Of a DNA stretch of 28,737 nucleotides, positions 1 through 8,324 are shown in pieces (position 1 is the stretch's first letter; each line of letters begins with the position of its first letter). Source of the DNA: a virus. Under the pieces are notes generated by a model, which was given only the letters and a program-made list of their open reading frames with translations, had not been told where the DNA came from and searched no databases. The DNA is taken from IMG/VR virus record IMGVR_UViG_3300009514_001427; one strand, given 5' to 3'. Both the position numbers and the translations under genes were made by a program.

Positions 1-105
1 CTGGCCTACTTCTTTCTCTTCAGCTTCAAGTTTTGGATTGGCCTCGGTGTCGGTCTGATGTTTGGCTTCTGGGAAGGGCTTCCAGTAGGACGCAGCAAAG
101 ACTAG
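1..105 (+). CDS. 3' end of a gene entering from the left; hydrophobic C-terminus (…FWIGLGVGLMFGFWEGLPVGRSKD*)
   Basis: Frame 1 is open from base 1 to TAG at 103-105 and the translated residues are membrane-like. Not in the ORF track because it is partial. Confidence 0.3.
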   Translation: MAYFFLFSFKFWIGLGVGLMFGFWEGLPVGRSKD

Positions 106-155
106 CACTGGCACTGCTCCCTGGTCCTCCCAGTTTCACATCTTCTGCTTTCTCC

Positions 156-183
156 TTGACATTTATTGTGTATGTGGTATACT
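156..183 (+). promoter_or_regulatory. sigma70 promoter P1 (TTGACA-16-TGgTATACT)
   Basis: TTGACA at 156-161 and TATACT at 178-183 with TGG immediately upstream. Member of a 33-copy family. Confidence 0.7.
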
Positions 184-217
184 TCAGGTGGAGTGTCTTT
201 CTGTAAGGAGAATTGAC

Positions 218-430
218 ATGAACCTGACTCACAATGATTTGTTGACGGCTCTTCAGCGGATGAGCGCTGAGGAGCTTGCTCAGAATGTGACGATTTATGT
301 TCCGTCCATGGATGAGTTTTTCCCAGTACGGATTATGCTTCGAGCAGGCGAGGTTCATGAGGCTGGAGATACTGATCCAGCACATGGCGTTTTGGACGAC
401 AATCACCCGTATTTGGAGATCAGGGAATGA
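218..430 (+). CDS. hypothetical protein, 70 aa
   Basis: ATG at 218 is preceded by AAGGAG at 205-210. It lies in frame inside track ORF 188..430, and the GTG at 188 falls before the likely TSS. Confidence 0.6.
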   Translation: MNLTHNDLLTALQRMSAEELAQNVTIYVPSMDEFFPVRIMLRAGEVHEAGDTDPAHGVLDDNHPYLEIRE

Positions 431-717
431 GGTATTACGTGAGGGCGGAGGACGGAGACATCTGGGGACCGATGTCTAAGGACGAAGCAGAGGGGATGCG
501 AGATCAACTGGATGATGCGCTGATCTTCCCTGAGACCATTTTTGAGCAGAGGGTGGTCACGGGTTCAGTCGAAGGCGGAGTGTTAGATTTCGACTCAGTT
601 CCTGCTGGAGTTGAGGTACAGATCAATGACTACGATACCGATGGAGTTGATGAGGACCGCCTCTCAGAAGATGAAGACGGTCGTCTCTGTGTTCAGAGCG
701 TTTACGGCAGGGAATAA
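427..717 (+). CDS. hypothetical acidic protein, 96 aa
   Basis: ATGA overlap with the upstream stop; GGAG at 414-417. Confidence 0.5.
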   Translation: MRYYVRAEDGDIWGPMSKDEAEGMRDQLDDALIFPETIFEQRVVTGSVEGGVLDFDSVPAGVEVQINDYDTDGVDEDRLSEDEDGRLCVQSVYGRE

Positions 718-1690
718 GAAGCTGAAACTTTCTTCGCTCATCGGATTAACCCGGGAGAAGAGGAAAGCTCGACTTCTGATTCGGGCTTGTCTTCACTCGG
801 GGGAGATGTTTCCACATACGCTGTTGTACGGTGTGGGTGGGACAGGTAAGACTGAGTTTGCTCGTCGCATTGGCAATGAACTCAGCTGTCATTTCGTGGA
901 GACACACGCGGCTGCCTTTAAGAAGCGGGAGGTCTTATTTTCCGCGCTGATTGATCATTCCAACGAAGCTCGTAGGCAGGGCAAGCCTCTGCTGCTCTTC
1001 ATTGATGAGATTCATCGTTTGAGTTTAGTCCTTCAGGAGGGCTTGTATCAGGCTATGAAGGAGTGGTGGATTCCGACTCCGGGTGGAAAGCTCCGCCTGG
1101 CTCCTTTCACTTTGATTGGTGCAACGACTCGGTTCGATATGTTGGACTCGAATTCTTTCGTCACGCGATTTGAGAATGTTTGGGAGATTCAGAGGTACAA
1201 GGTTGACGAGATCGCGATCATTGTTGCTGATGAACTCAGCAGACATAAGATGCGCTTCAGCGCTGAGGTGGCGACAGACATAGCCAAGCGGTGCCTGGGT
1301 ATTCCTCGTACTGCCATTAATCTGGCCAACAAAGTTCGGCGAGCGGCTCAAGCTGCTGGTCAATCTGAAATAACGTTACAGCATTGCTGTACGACATTTG
1401 CTTTGGAGCAGATCGATGCTCTTGGGCTTCAGCATGTCCATCACAGGTACTTGGAGATCCTCTACGCGACTCGTGTAGATGGGCATTTTAGTCCTTTGGG
1501 CGTAGGGGCTATAGCTGCTAAGATGCGTCAACCTGAAGATGTGATTAAGGGCAGCGTGGAACCGATCCTGCTGGAGCTTGATTTCGTAGCGCCTACACCC
1601 AGAGGTAGAATGATGACTCGCAAGGGTGCCGAATATTTTTCTTCCTTGGGGCTTGACATTTCGAACGGATGTGGTAGACTACGTGCATGA
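626..1690 (+). CDS. ruvB: RuvB-like AAA+ ATPase (Holliday-junction branch-migration ATPase family)
   Basis: Walker A GVGGTGKT, Walker B LLLFIDEIHRL, PFTLIGATTR and a C-terminal EPILLELDFVAPTPRGRMMT winged-helix region all match RuvB motifs recalled from memory. First ATG is at 626 (the track begins at TTG 611); the start is uncertain and 671 is also possible. It overlaps the preceding gene. Confidence 0.85.
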   Translation: MTTIPMELMRTASQKMKTVVSVFRAFTAGNKKLKLSSLIGLTREKRKARLLIRACLHSGEMFPHTLLYGVGGTGKTEFARRIGNELSCHFVETHAAAFKKREVLFSALIDHSNEARRQGKPLLLFIDEIHRLSLVLQEGLYQAMKEWWIPTPGGKLRLAPFTLIGATTRFDMLDSNSFVTRFENVWEIQRYKVDEIAIIVADELSRHKMRFSAEVATDIAKRCLGIPRTAINLANKVRRAAQAAGQSEITLQHCCTTFALEQIDALGLQHVHHRYLEILYATRVDGHFSPLGVGAIAAKMRQPEDVIKGSVEPILLELDFVAPTPRGRMMTRKGAEYFSSLGLDISNGCGRLRA

Positions 1691-1748
1691 TGAGCTTGGG
1701 TTTGGTCCTGAGCTAGATGAAACTCTCAGTTGGATGGAGATACGAGCA

Positions 1749-3185
1749 ATGGCAAAAGCGAAGTCAGCCAAGAAGGCGAAACGCAAGGCATCGGTCAAGA
1801 AGAACAAGACCCCTGCCTTGTCCTGTCCCAACATTGTCGATTTGCGGACCCCGCATTCGACGGAATCGAGTGGGCGTCTTGCCTCCGCATTCACCACGTT
1901 TGCCGAGAAGGTAGCGGCGTGGAAAGCGGAAGTCCGCAAGCATTTTGCGGGTGGGGGCAAGGCGTCTGATCTGCCTCAGTTTGAGGCGAAGCATTTCCTC
2001 GATGCCAACAAGGGCATCATGTCTCAGAAAGCATTTGACAAGCTGGTCGATGCTTGGAATGACAGTGACGGCGTTGTTTTCCCGCCTCGCTACAACCCTG
2101 TCCTTGTGGATTTGATCCACGAGATGAACGCGACCTCGATTCGTCGTGGTTTGCTCTCGAAGCATCCTCGCCAGCCGTCCAATTGGGACGAGAAGCAGTG
2201 GGGTCCGTGGAATCTGCTGGATGAGGACGGGGAGCATACCATCCCGTCTGGCTGGTTCTTTGACAAGGCGATGCCTCGTCGTTGTCACGCCGAGACTGCC
2301 GAGAAGCTGGTCGAGGATCACGCCAAGAACATTCTCACGTTTGGCAACAACCGTTACGTTGTGGGCGACGGTACGACCGTCCGTTGCTCCCCGATGCTTG
2401 TTTGGGCGACGGCTCGTGGCAACTACCGCGCGGGTGATTCGGCTCGCAAGCGTATGTCCATCGCTGGCAACAAGGATGTCACCGACGTTGTTTTCCGCGT
2501 CGAGGATCGTCCCAACAACGGTGGTGGCGTCACGGTCAAGGGCAATTGGGGTGACATTGCCGAGTTGGTATTCCTCCCCGGACAGGCGTTGACGGCAGGT
2601 TTCCTGTTTGACGCCAAGGGCAAGCGTCTGACTGCCAAGGCGATTCGGGCGTTGGATGGCGATACCAAGGGGTTGAAGTTCAAGACGGTACGTCAGGTCT
2701 TGGACGGTCCCATCGTCGGCAAGGCGATTACCCGCGACAAGTTGTGGGCAGAGATTCAGACCATCGAGGGCAACAAGGGCATCAAGCGTCTCCGCGAGCG
2801 TGAGGGGCGTAGCGAGTCTGAGGAAGTTGATTCGACGCCTCAGAACAAGACGATGACCAACCTCAAGGTCACGACGCGCGTCTCTCCGAATGAGGCTTTC
2901 CCGTTTGGTTTGCGGGCTGCCCAATGTGATATGGTCCCGTACATCATCAACGATGAAGAGGGCGATTTCTTGATGGGCATCGTGATTGGGGATCGCTCGA
3001 ATCTGGACCACAACGTCGGCGTGAACGAAGCCAAGGCGGAAGTCGAGGAAGTCGAGGAAGTCGAAGAGACTCCCGCTCCGAAGAAGTCCCGCAAGAAGAA
3101 GCCTTCGGATGCGGCTCCCCCTGTCGAGTCTGATACGTCGGACGACGAAGCGGAAGTCGAGGAAGAGGAAACGGTCGAGGCGTAA
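1749..3185 (+). CDS. hypothetical protein with a lysine/alanine-rich N-terminal tail (MAKAKSAKKAKRK…) and an acidic EVEE-repeat C-terminus
   Basis: The long ORF 1626..3185 starts at GTG. ATG 1749 has GGAG at 1735-1738. The 415-aa antisense ORF is judged spurious. Confidence 0.7.
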   Translation: MAKAKSAKKAKRKASVKKNKTPALSCPNIVDLRTPHSTESSGRLASAFTTFAEKVAAWKAEVRKHFAGGGKASDLPQFEAKHFLDANKGIMSQKAFDKLVDAWNDSDGVVFPPRYNPVLVDLIHEMNATSIRRGLLSKHPRQPSNWDEKQWGPWNLLDEDGEHTIPSGWFFDKAMPRRCHAETAEKLVEDHAKNILTFGNNRYVVGDGTTVRCSPMLVWATARGNYRAGDSARKRMSIAGNKDVTDVVFRVEDRPNNGGGVTVKGNWGDIAELVFLPGQALTAGFLFDAKGKRLTAKAIRALDGDTKGLKFKTVRQVLDGPIVGKAITRDKLWAEIQTIEGNKGIKRLREREGRSESEEVDSTPQNKTMTNLKVTTRVSPNEAFPFGLRAAQCDMVPYIINDEEGDFLMGIVIGDRSNLDHNVGVNEAKAEVEEVEEVEETPAPKKSRKKKPSDAAPPVESDTSDDEAEVEEEETVEA

Positions 3186-3221
3186 GCGAGTTTGGTAATA
3201 CGACCATACGGGGTCGTTTCA

Positions 3222-3256
3222 GCCCGTCACCTTTAGGGGTGGCGGGCTTTTTTTAT
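3222..3256 (+). terminator. rho-independent terminator
   Basis: 10-bp stem gcccgtcacc/ggtggcgggc with one G-U pair and loop tttagg, followed by T8. Confidence 0.75.
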
Positions 3257-3274
3257 ATGAACCAACATTTTCCC

Positions 3275-3302
3275 TTGACATTTATTGCTCATGTGGTATA
3301 CT
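3275..3302 (+). promoter_or_regulatory. sigma70 promoter P2
   Basis: TTGACA 3275-3280, TATACT 3297-3302, family consensus. Confidence 0.7.
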
Positions 3303-3344
3303 CTAGGTGACGAGTTAGTTACTGGTTCACAAGGGAGAAAAACG

Positions 3345-5210
3345 ATGTCCAAAACCACCTTGACTTTTGAGGCTCACGAAGCCCTCATTATCAGCAACAT
3401 CGAGCGTCAAGCTGGCTCGGTTGGCAAGGCAATTCTTGAAGGGACGATGAATGGCATCGAAGCCTGTAACAAGGCGGATGTCTCACCCCAAGTCTGGATT
3501 CACTTCGATTCCAATGGAGCGGCTGTAGGCGAATCTGGAGCGGTCCTGCGGATCAAAGACCTTGGCTGTGGAATTCAGACGAAGCAAGAGATTCTGGATT
3601 GGTGGAAAACCTTTGGTACGCCTCACGCCGAATCCGAGAAAAAGATTTGGGCTAACTTCCGTATGGGGCGTGGGCAGTTATTCACCTACGGTCGCAACAT
3701 CTGGCGTACGGGGACGTTCCGTTTGGAGTATGACCACAATACTCCGCCTGTCGAGAGAAACTACGAATCTGACCAGCGTATCCAATTCGGATTGGAAGAG
3801 AATCTCGATGCGTTTGAAGGTTGTGAAATCGAGATTCACTTTTACAAGAATCCTGTTGGGCCTGGTGGTTCTTATGCTTCCGTTGAGGCATTGAAAGCTG
3901 ACGTAAAGCAGCAGATCGAATTCATGGAGGGAGCGATCTACTTCAATGACGAGCAGATCAATACTCCTGCGAGTTGTTGTAAGTGGGATGACGAGACGGA
4001 CGATGCCTACTTCCTGTGGGGCATTGGTACGGAGCTAACGGTCTACAACATCGGGGCGTACGTTTGTGGTTACTCGATCAGCCGCATGGGCGTTAGTGGC
4101 ATCGTGGTATCGAAGAAACAGATGCGTTTGAATTACCCGCGCAATGCGGTCATGCAAGATGCCTGTCCGATTTGGCGAGACATTCGTGACATCGTGGATT
4201 CCAAAAAGGTCACGAAGATTCGAGCGACATCGCGTCGATTGGAGTATGACGAGAAGGTTGCGAATCTCATTGATTTGCGTGATGGGAAATGCACTCTTAA
4301 AGACATTAACGGCGTTGGTTTGTTGGAAACATCTAGTGGCAAGGCTATGTCACTTCCTGCCTGCAAGTCTATTCGTTCTCATTGGACGTTTGCTCCCAAG
4401 GGCGACATGGTTGCGGATCAGCTTATGCAAGCTGGCAATGCCGTTTGCTTGTCAGACAAAGTTTTGCGGGAAATGAATTATACTGGCGATCCTGCTGGAT
4501 TCTTCGAGTATCTATTGCAGGAGGAAATCCGCAAGGCTCAGCCACGTTGGAGCGATGATACTGATAAGAATCGGGTACTCAAGGCGTGGAAGCATCTACG
4601 CAAGCTGTATCGTCCGTTTGATTCTGGTTGTGACGATGACCTATGCAATCAGTACAACCGCCAGCATACGATCATTCCAACGGAGAAGCTGTCGAAGTTT
4701 GAGCGTCGAGTCATTCGGGTCTTGTCGGCTTATGATTGTTGGCAAGGTCGTACCATCGTGATTGGTCTTAGCGATTGCTACAACGGTTGGACCGATGGAG
4801 ATTCTTACATTGCGATCAACCGCAAATACTTGAAGCGTAACTCCCCGAATTACTATCATGGAGCGTCGGCTATCGTCACGCTAATGTTTCATGAGTTGGC
4901 TCACGACGAAGATAATACCGAGACAGACGTTCATGGTCTTGAGTTTTACAAGGCGTATCATGACCTTACTCGTCATGGGAATACATGGATGATCGCAGAC
5001 ATCTACGAGAAGTTGAAAGCTGCTAAGGTCGAAGATTACGATGAAGAGCAGAAGGCGAAAGCTGCCAAGGCGAAAGAGAAGCGTGACAAGAAACTGCGGG
5101 TAGCTGCTGCCTTGAAGCCGAAAAAGGTGGCGGCGTCGATCACTCACAAGCCGACGAAGAAAGCGGCTCCCAAGACGGCTAAGAAAAAGCGTCGAGTTCG
5201 CAGATTTTAG
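3345..5210 (+). CDS. GHKL-type ATPase domain protein with a C-terminal HExxH motif and a lysine-rich H1-like tail
   Basis: N-box EALIISNIE/EGTMNGIEA, G1 box IKDLGCGI and G2 FRMGRGQLFTYG are consistent with a Bergerat fold. FHELAHDE gives an HExxH motif. The C-terminus is KAKAAKAKEKRDKK…KPKKVAA…KKKRRVRRF. AAGGGAG at 3331-3337 precedes ATG 3345. Confidence 0.75.
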   Translation: MSKTTLTFEAHEALIISNIERQAGSVGKAILEGTMNGIEACNKADVSPQVWIHFDSNGAAVGESGAVLRIKDLGCGIQTKQEILDWWKTFGTPHAESEKKIWANFRMGRGQLFTYGRNIWRTGTFRLEYDHNTPPVERNYESDQRIQFGLEENLDAFEGCEIEIHFYKNPVGPGGSYASVEALKADVKQQIEFMEGAIYFNDEQINTPASCCKWDDETDDAYFLWGIGTELTVYNIGAYVCGYSISRMGVSGIVVSKKQMRLNYPRNAVMQDACPIWRDIRDIVDSKKVTKIRATSRRLEYDEKVANLIDLRDGKCTLKDINGVGLLETSSGKAMSLPACKSIRSHWTFAPKGDMVADQLMQAGNAVCLSDKVLREMNYTGDPAGFFEYLLQEEIRKAQPRWSDDTDKNRVLKAWKHLRKLYRPFDSGCDDDLCNQYNRQHTIIPTEKLSKFERRVIRVLSAYDCWQGRTIVIGLSDCYNGWTDGDSYIAINRKYLKRNSPNYYHGASAIVTLMFHELAHDEDNTETDVHGLEFYKAYHDLTRHGNTWMIADIYEKLKAAKVEDYDEEQKAKAAKAKEKRDKKLRVAAALKPKKVAASITHKPTKKAAPKTAKKKRRVRRF

Positions 5211-5213
5211 TCC

Positions 5214-5241
5214 TTGACATTTATTCAGGATGGAGTATACT
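5214..5241 (+). promoter_or_regulatory. sigma70 promoter P3 (TTGACA-16-TATACT), leaderless
   Basis: TTGACA 5214-5219 and TATACT 5236-5241; the ATG lies 7 nt downstream. Confidence 0.65.
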
Positions 5242-5247
5242 TTAGGC

Positions 5248-5793
5248 ATGACAGATAACACACCCAAACCGAGAGTCGTCATCATCAAGGCTCGCGTACC
5301 TGATTTTTACGAGGGCGCGGATGTCGCGGCAATCGAAGTCACCGAGGATTTGATCCTCATGCTGGACAAGCGTATTGCTCAGACGAAGCGGATGTTTGAG
5401 CAGGATTTCTACGGTACTCGTTGGTGGAGCTACGCCCCGTATTTCGTCCGCTCTGCTGGTCCTGAGACATTTGGCATTCAGATGAGCGAGGAGGACTTCG
5501 AGGCGGCTCTGGATGCAAATGGGTGGGTCGAGGTTCCGGAGGATAGTGATTACGACCCTGCGGAGGATGATTATGCTCCGATAGATACTCTGCTGTTGCA
5601 GATTGGGGCTGTCCTCACGGCGAATGATACCACGTTTGCTGGATGGCAGTGGACTGGTTATGACAAGTACATCGGGGATAGCGCTCGCGTCACGACCTAT
5701 GAGATGGCAGAAGCCACCGTTGACGAGTGGGCTGAGTTGATTGGCTGCACTGAGAAGCTGCGACAGGTACGCAGGCTAAGGGGAGTGAGATGA
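5248..5793 (+). CDS. hypothetical protein, 181 aa, leaderless start
   Basis: ATG 5248 sits 7 nt after the -10 with no SD. It is in frame within ORF 5230..5793. Confidence 0.6.
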   Translation: MTDNTPKPRVVIIKARVPDFYEGADVAAIEVTEDLILMLDKRIAQTKRMFEQDFYGTRWWSYAPYFVRSAGPETFGIQMSEEDFEAALDANGWVEVPEDSDYDPAEDDYAPIDTLLLQIGAVLTANDTTFAGWQWTGYDKYIGDSARVTTYEMAEATVDEWAELIGCTEKLRQVRRLRGVR

Positions 5794-5990
5794 AGGTCAC
5801 AGTAGAGATAGCCGAGATCCATAAATCTATCCGCGAAATTGAAGTTCCGGATGGAGCGACGGATGCAGAGATACGCGCCCTGGCTGAGAAGGACGCAGGT
5901 CAGGCGAATGAGCTTAACTTGGAGTACAGTGACACTCTGCCTGCCGAGCAATGGACGATCCGCAAAGAAAACGGGGATCATATCGCTTGA
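5790..5990 (+). CDS. hypothetical protein, 66 aa
   Basis: ATGA overlap; GGGGAGTGAG RBS. The stop TGA lies inside the next -35 (gcTTGAca). Confidence 0.55.
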   Translation: MKVTVEIAEIHKSIREIEVPDGATDAEIRALAEKDAGQANELNLEYSDTLPAEQWTIRKENGDHIA

Positions 5991-6014
5991 CATTTATTCG
6001 CCATGTGGTATACT
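5987..6014 (+). promoter_or_regulatory. sigma70 promoter P4
   Basis: TTGACA 5987-5992, TATACT 6009-6014. Confidence 0.7.
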
Positions 6015-6034
6015 TACACTGAAAGGAGGCACTG

Positions 6035-6253
6035 ATGCCGGGACCAGAATTTCATCAAACAGGATACGGGCGAGCATTCTTTGAGGGGCAGTTGCCCGCA
6101 CTGATTAGGAATCTCGCACTGCTTACCAACAAGCAAACAGCATGTAACCTTCTTGCCGCAGGAGTTCTCGCGGGCAATGAAAACATGACGGCGGATGGGG
6201 CTGCTCGACGCGCCATCGAGACCTACGAGACCATCGAGAGGAAGTTGAGCTAA
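6035..6253 (+). CDS. hypothetical protein, 72 aa
   Basis: AAGGAGG at 6022-6028 with 6-nt spacing to ATG 6035. Confidence 0.6.
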   Translation: MPGPEFHQTGYGRAFFEGQLPALIRNLALLTNKQTACNLLAAGVLAGNENMTADGAARRAIETYETIERKLS

Positions 6254-6756
6254 TGTACGTCGTAGTTGTCAACGAAGATAACATTCTGCGTGAAGTGGTT
6301 TGCGTCACCAAAGATGCGAAGGTGGCTGAGGATCATTTCCTTGATGCCTGCAAGACCAATAGCAGTAATTGGGATGAGTATGAAATCGAGGATGTGGCTG
6401 CCTTTCTAGAAGATGCGTATTACCAGTTTGGCAATCAGGCTGTCGTACTGATGGATGTCTCGAACGTCAAGAGTGACGCCGAGATACTGGCTGAGCTTGC
6501 CAAGACGCCACCACCGGGCGTCCACAAAATCACCAACTGGATTCGCTCAGGAGAGATTGGCGAAGTCGATACCATCGAGGAAGTGATCGGTCGAGCAGGA
6601 ACCCTACTGGACAAAGCCTGTTCGCATGAAATCTTCGGCGATGTGGTATTTGGGGCTGAGGATGGCAAGGTCTACGTCTTGACCTGCGAGGGACAAGTGG
6701 GTCTTATCGCCAAGGATTACCTTGAACAGATCAGAGATGAGGATAACGATGGCTAA
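6253..6756 (+). CDS. hypothetical protein, 167 aa
   Basis: taATG overlap with the upstream stop; GAGG RBS. Confidence 0.6.
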   Translation: MYVVVVNEDNILREVVCVTKDAKVAEDHFLDACKTNSSNWDEYEIEDVAAFLEDAYYQFGNQAVVLMDVSNVKSDAEILAELAKTPPPGVHKITNWIRSGEIGEVDTIEEVIGRAGTLLDKACSHEIFGDVVFGAEDGKVYVLTCEGQVGLIAKDYLEQIRDEDNDG

Positions 6757-7246
6757 CCGAGTTCCATTAGAATTCACATGCCCGAAATGTGGTGAGCATC
6801 GCATCGAAGAAGTCATGGCAGATGTTGTTGTGGCCTCACGAGTTTGGCTGGCTCAGAACGCAGATGGCAGCGATCCCAGTTACGATCACGGAGAGCAAAC
6901 CAATGAGGGAGGGCACGTTGATCGCTACCAATGTGGAAACTGTGGTTGGACGATCATCAACGATGGGGGCGCTTACGAGAGATATACTCAGGACGGCTTG
7001 GATGGAGACGCCTTGATCGCTCGCATTAAGGCGATGAATGCCCAGAGAGACCTAGAAAATCCGGTCAGCCATGAGGAATTGGTTCTACGCATTGCCGACT
7101 CGTTTTCAGAGATGGACGGCGAGTCTTTGGCAGAGGTTTGGAACATGAACCTCTGTCCCAACAACCCGGTGAAGTATGTAGGAGACAGTATGTATGAGTG
7201 GGTCCAAGAAGATGCGTCCCCTGGAAGTGGCGGTAGCGAAGGGTGA
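6749..7246 (+). CDS. zinc-ribbon protein (CPKCG…CGNCG), 165 aa
   Basis: ATG 6749 with GAGGA at 6738-6742, in frame within ORF 6722..7246. Two CxxC pairs. Confidence 0.6.
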   Translation: MANRVPLEFTCPKCGEHRIEEVMADVVVASRVWLAQNADGSDPSYDHGEQTNEGGHVDRYQCGNCGWTIINDGGAYERYTQDGLDGDALIARIKAMNAQRDLENPVSHEELVLRIADSFSEMDGESLAEVWNMNLCPNNPVKYVGDSMYEWVQEDASPGSGGSEG

Positions 7247-7412
7247 TTACACATGGTACGCAGGCGTCTTTATAGAGATACCTGATGAGACCCCGGAGGA
7301 CAAAATCGAGGCTGCTGCGCTAGAAATAGTCCTGGCGCATCCCTGTTGTCAGGGTGAAGAGATAGCTCACGTTTGGGTGTATAATAGCATGGAGGATTCG
7401 CGGCCAGAATAA
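7194..7412 (+). CDS. hypothetical protein, 72 aa
   Basis: AGGAGA at 7181-7186 precedes ATG 7194. It overlaps the previous gene by ~50 nt. Confidence 0.45.
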   Translation: MSGSKKMRPLEVAVAKGDYTWYAGVFIEIPDETPEDKIEAAALEIVLAHPCCQGEEIAHVWVYNSMEDSRPE

Positions 7413-7426
7413 TTTCAACAAACCGC

Positions 7427-7454
7427 TTGACATTTCGGTAGCATGTGGTATACT
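7427..7454 (+). promoter_or_regulatory. sigma70 promoter P5
   Basis: TTGACA 7427-7432, TATACT 7449-7454. Confidence 0.7.
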
Positions 7455-7498
7455 TCATGCAGAGTTGGACAAGCGAACTACTGAAACGGAGCCAAAGC

Positions 7499-7831
7499 AT
7501 GAAAGTATTCCAGAACATCCAAACCAAACGCAAGGGTCTACGTTGTCCGATCCGAGTGATGAATCATTCGGGCGATGACATTCTCACCACCTACGATACG
7601 GCGGTCGAAGATTCGGTCGCTGTCGCCACGAAAGACCTACAGGACTTTTGGGGTCAATGCGTCGATGAGTTTGCGGGTCGTGGTACGTCGCTCAAACCGA
7701 CCGTCGCGGGCAAGCGTATCGGCTCGACCGATTTCGACCTACTCACAGGGTCCGAGATTGAGTCGCCCGAATTCGACGTGGGCTTGTTTGAGGAAATTCT
7801 GATTCAACCTGTCCCGCTCAGTGGCGGGTAA
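7499..7831 (+). CDS. hypothetical protein, 110 aa
   Basis: GGAG at 7488-7491 with 7-nt spacing to ATG 7499. The track ORF's earlier start lies before the TSS. Confidence 0.55.
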   Translation: MKVFQNIQTKRKGLRCPIRVMNHSGDDILTTYDTAVEDSVAVATKDLQDFWGQCVDEFAGRGTSLKPTVAGKRIGSTDFDLLTGSEIESPEFDVGLFEEILIQPVPLSGG

Positions 7832-7917
7832 CGAGACAGAGCGAGTGATGGACTGCCGCAACCGGGATTAGGTCTACGAAACCGGGGACGTTATGGATAG
7901 CTCGCTCACAAACGGCT

Positions 7918-7985
7918 GGGGCGACAACGGCGTAACGGAGTAGCTTCCGGGTGACGGGTAAGCCCGAAGCGAACCGGGTCGCCCC
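7918..7985 (+). other. 68-nt structured element closed by a perfect 8-bp stem (ggggcgac…gtcgcccc) with an internal cggg-taag-cccg hairpin
   Basis: The inverted repeat is seen directly. It does not fold into a tRNA cloverleaf, having no GTTC T-loop and no D-arm. It is followed by ATTTTT and might be a 3'UTR structure or a small RNA. Confidence 0.3.
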
Positions 7986-8009
7986 GCCTACATTTTTGAG
8001 AGAATCGCC

Positions 8010-8276
8010 ATGCCTACCAAATGTACGCGCCCTGTCTATCGAGAAACTCACGGTGGAATTTTAGAACGTGGCAAGACGCGCCCTGTTATTGTCTCAGTTG
8101 AACCACCGAATGTCATTGGTTTTCGTCTGAAGGGGATGAGGACCACCTACTATCTCACGGCTGAAGGCTGTTTCATGCAAGCAGTGAAAGCCAAGATCGC
8201 TCAGGACAAGAAGGACAAGGCTAAAGCCAAGGGCAAGAAGTCACGCAAACGGAGTGTGACTCGTGGAATAGTTTAG
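8010..8276 (+). CDS. hypothetical small basic protein, 88 aa (C-terminal KKDKAKAKGKKSRKR)
   Basis: ORF with a weak GAGAG RBS. Confidence 0.5.
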   Translation: MPTKCTRPVYRETHGGILERGKTRPVIVSVEPPNVIGFRLKGMRTTYYLTAEGCFMQAVKAKIAQDKKDKAKAKGKKSRKRSVTRGIV

Positions 8277-8290
8277 TTCTGATTTTCTAC

Positions 8291-8318
8291 TTGACATTTC
8301 CTGTGGCCATGGTATACT
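8291..8318 (+). promoter_or_regulatory. sigma70 promoter P6 (class II, TTGACATTTCCTGTGGCCATGGTATACT), leaderless
   Basis: TTGACA 8291-8296, TATACT 8313-8318; ATG at +7. Confidence 0.7.
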
Positions 8319-8324
8319 ATAGGC

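Noticed and set aside
1764-3011. 415-aa ORF on the minus strand
   Set aside because: It is entirely antisense to the well-supported + strand gene at 1749-3185 in a GC-rich stretch. It has no promoter or RBS and is a typical shadow ORF.
7880-7990. tRNA gene
   Set aside because: The 8-bp stem could mimic an acceptor stem, but there is no D-arm, anticodon arm or GTTC(R)A T-loop. No other tRNA-like T-loop (ttcgaat or ttcaaat in context) was found anywhere in the window.
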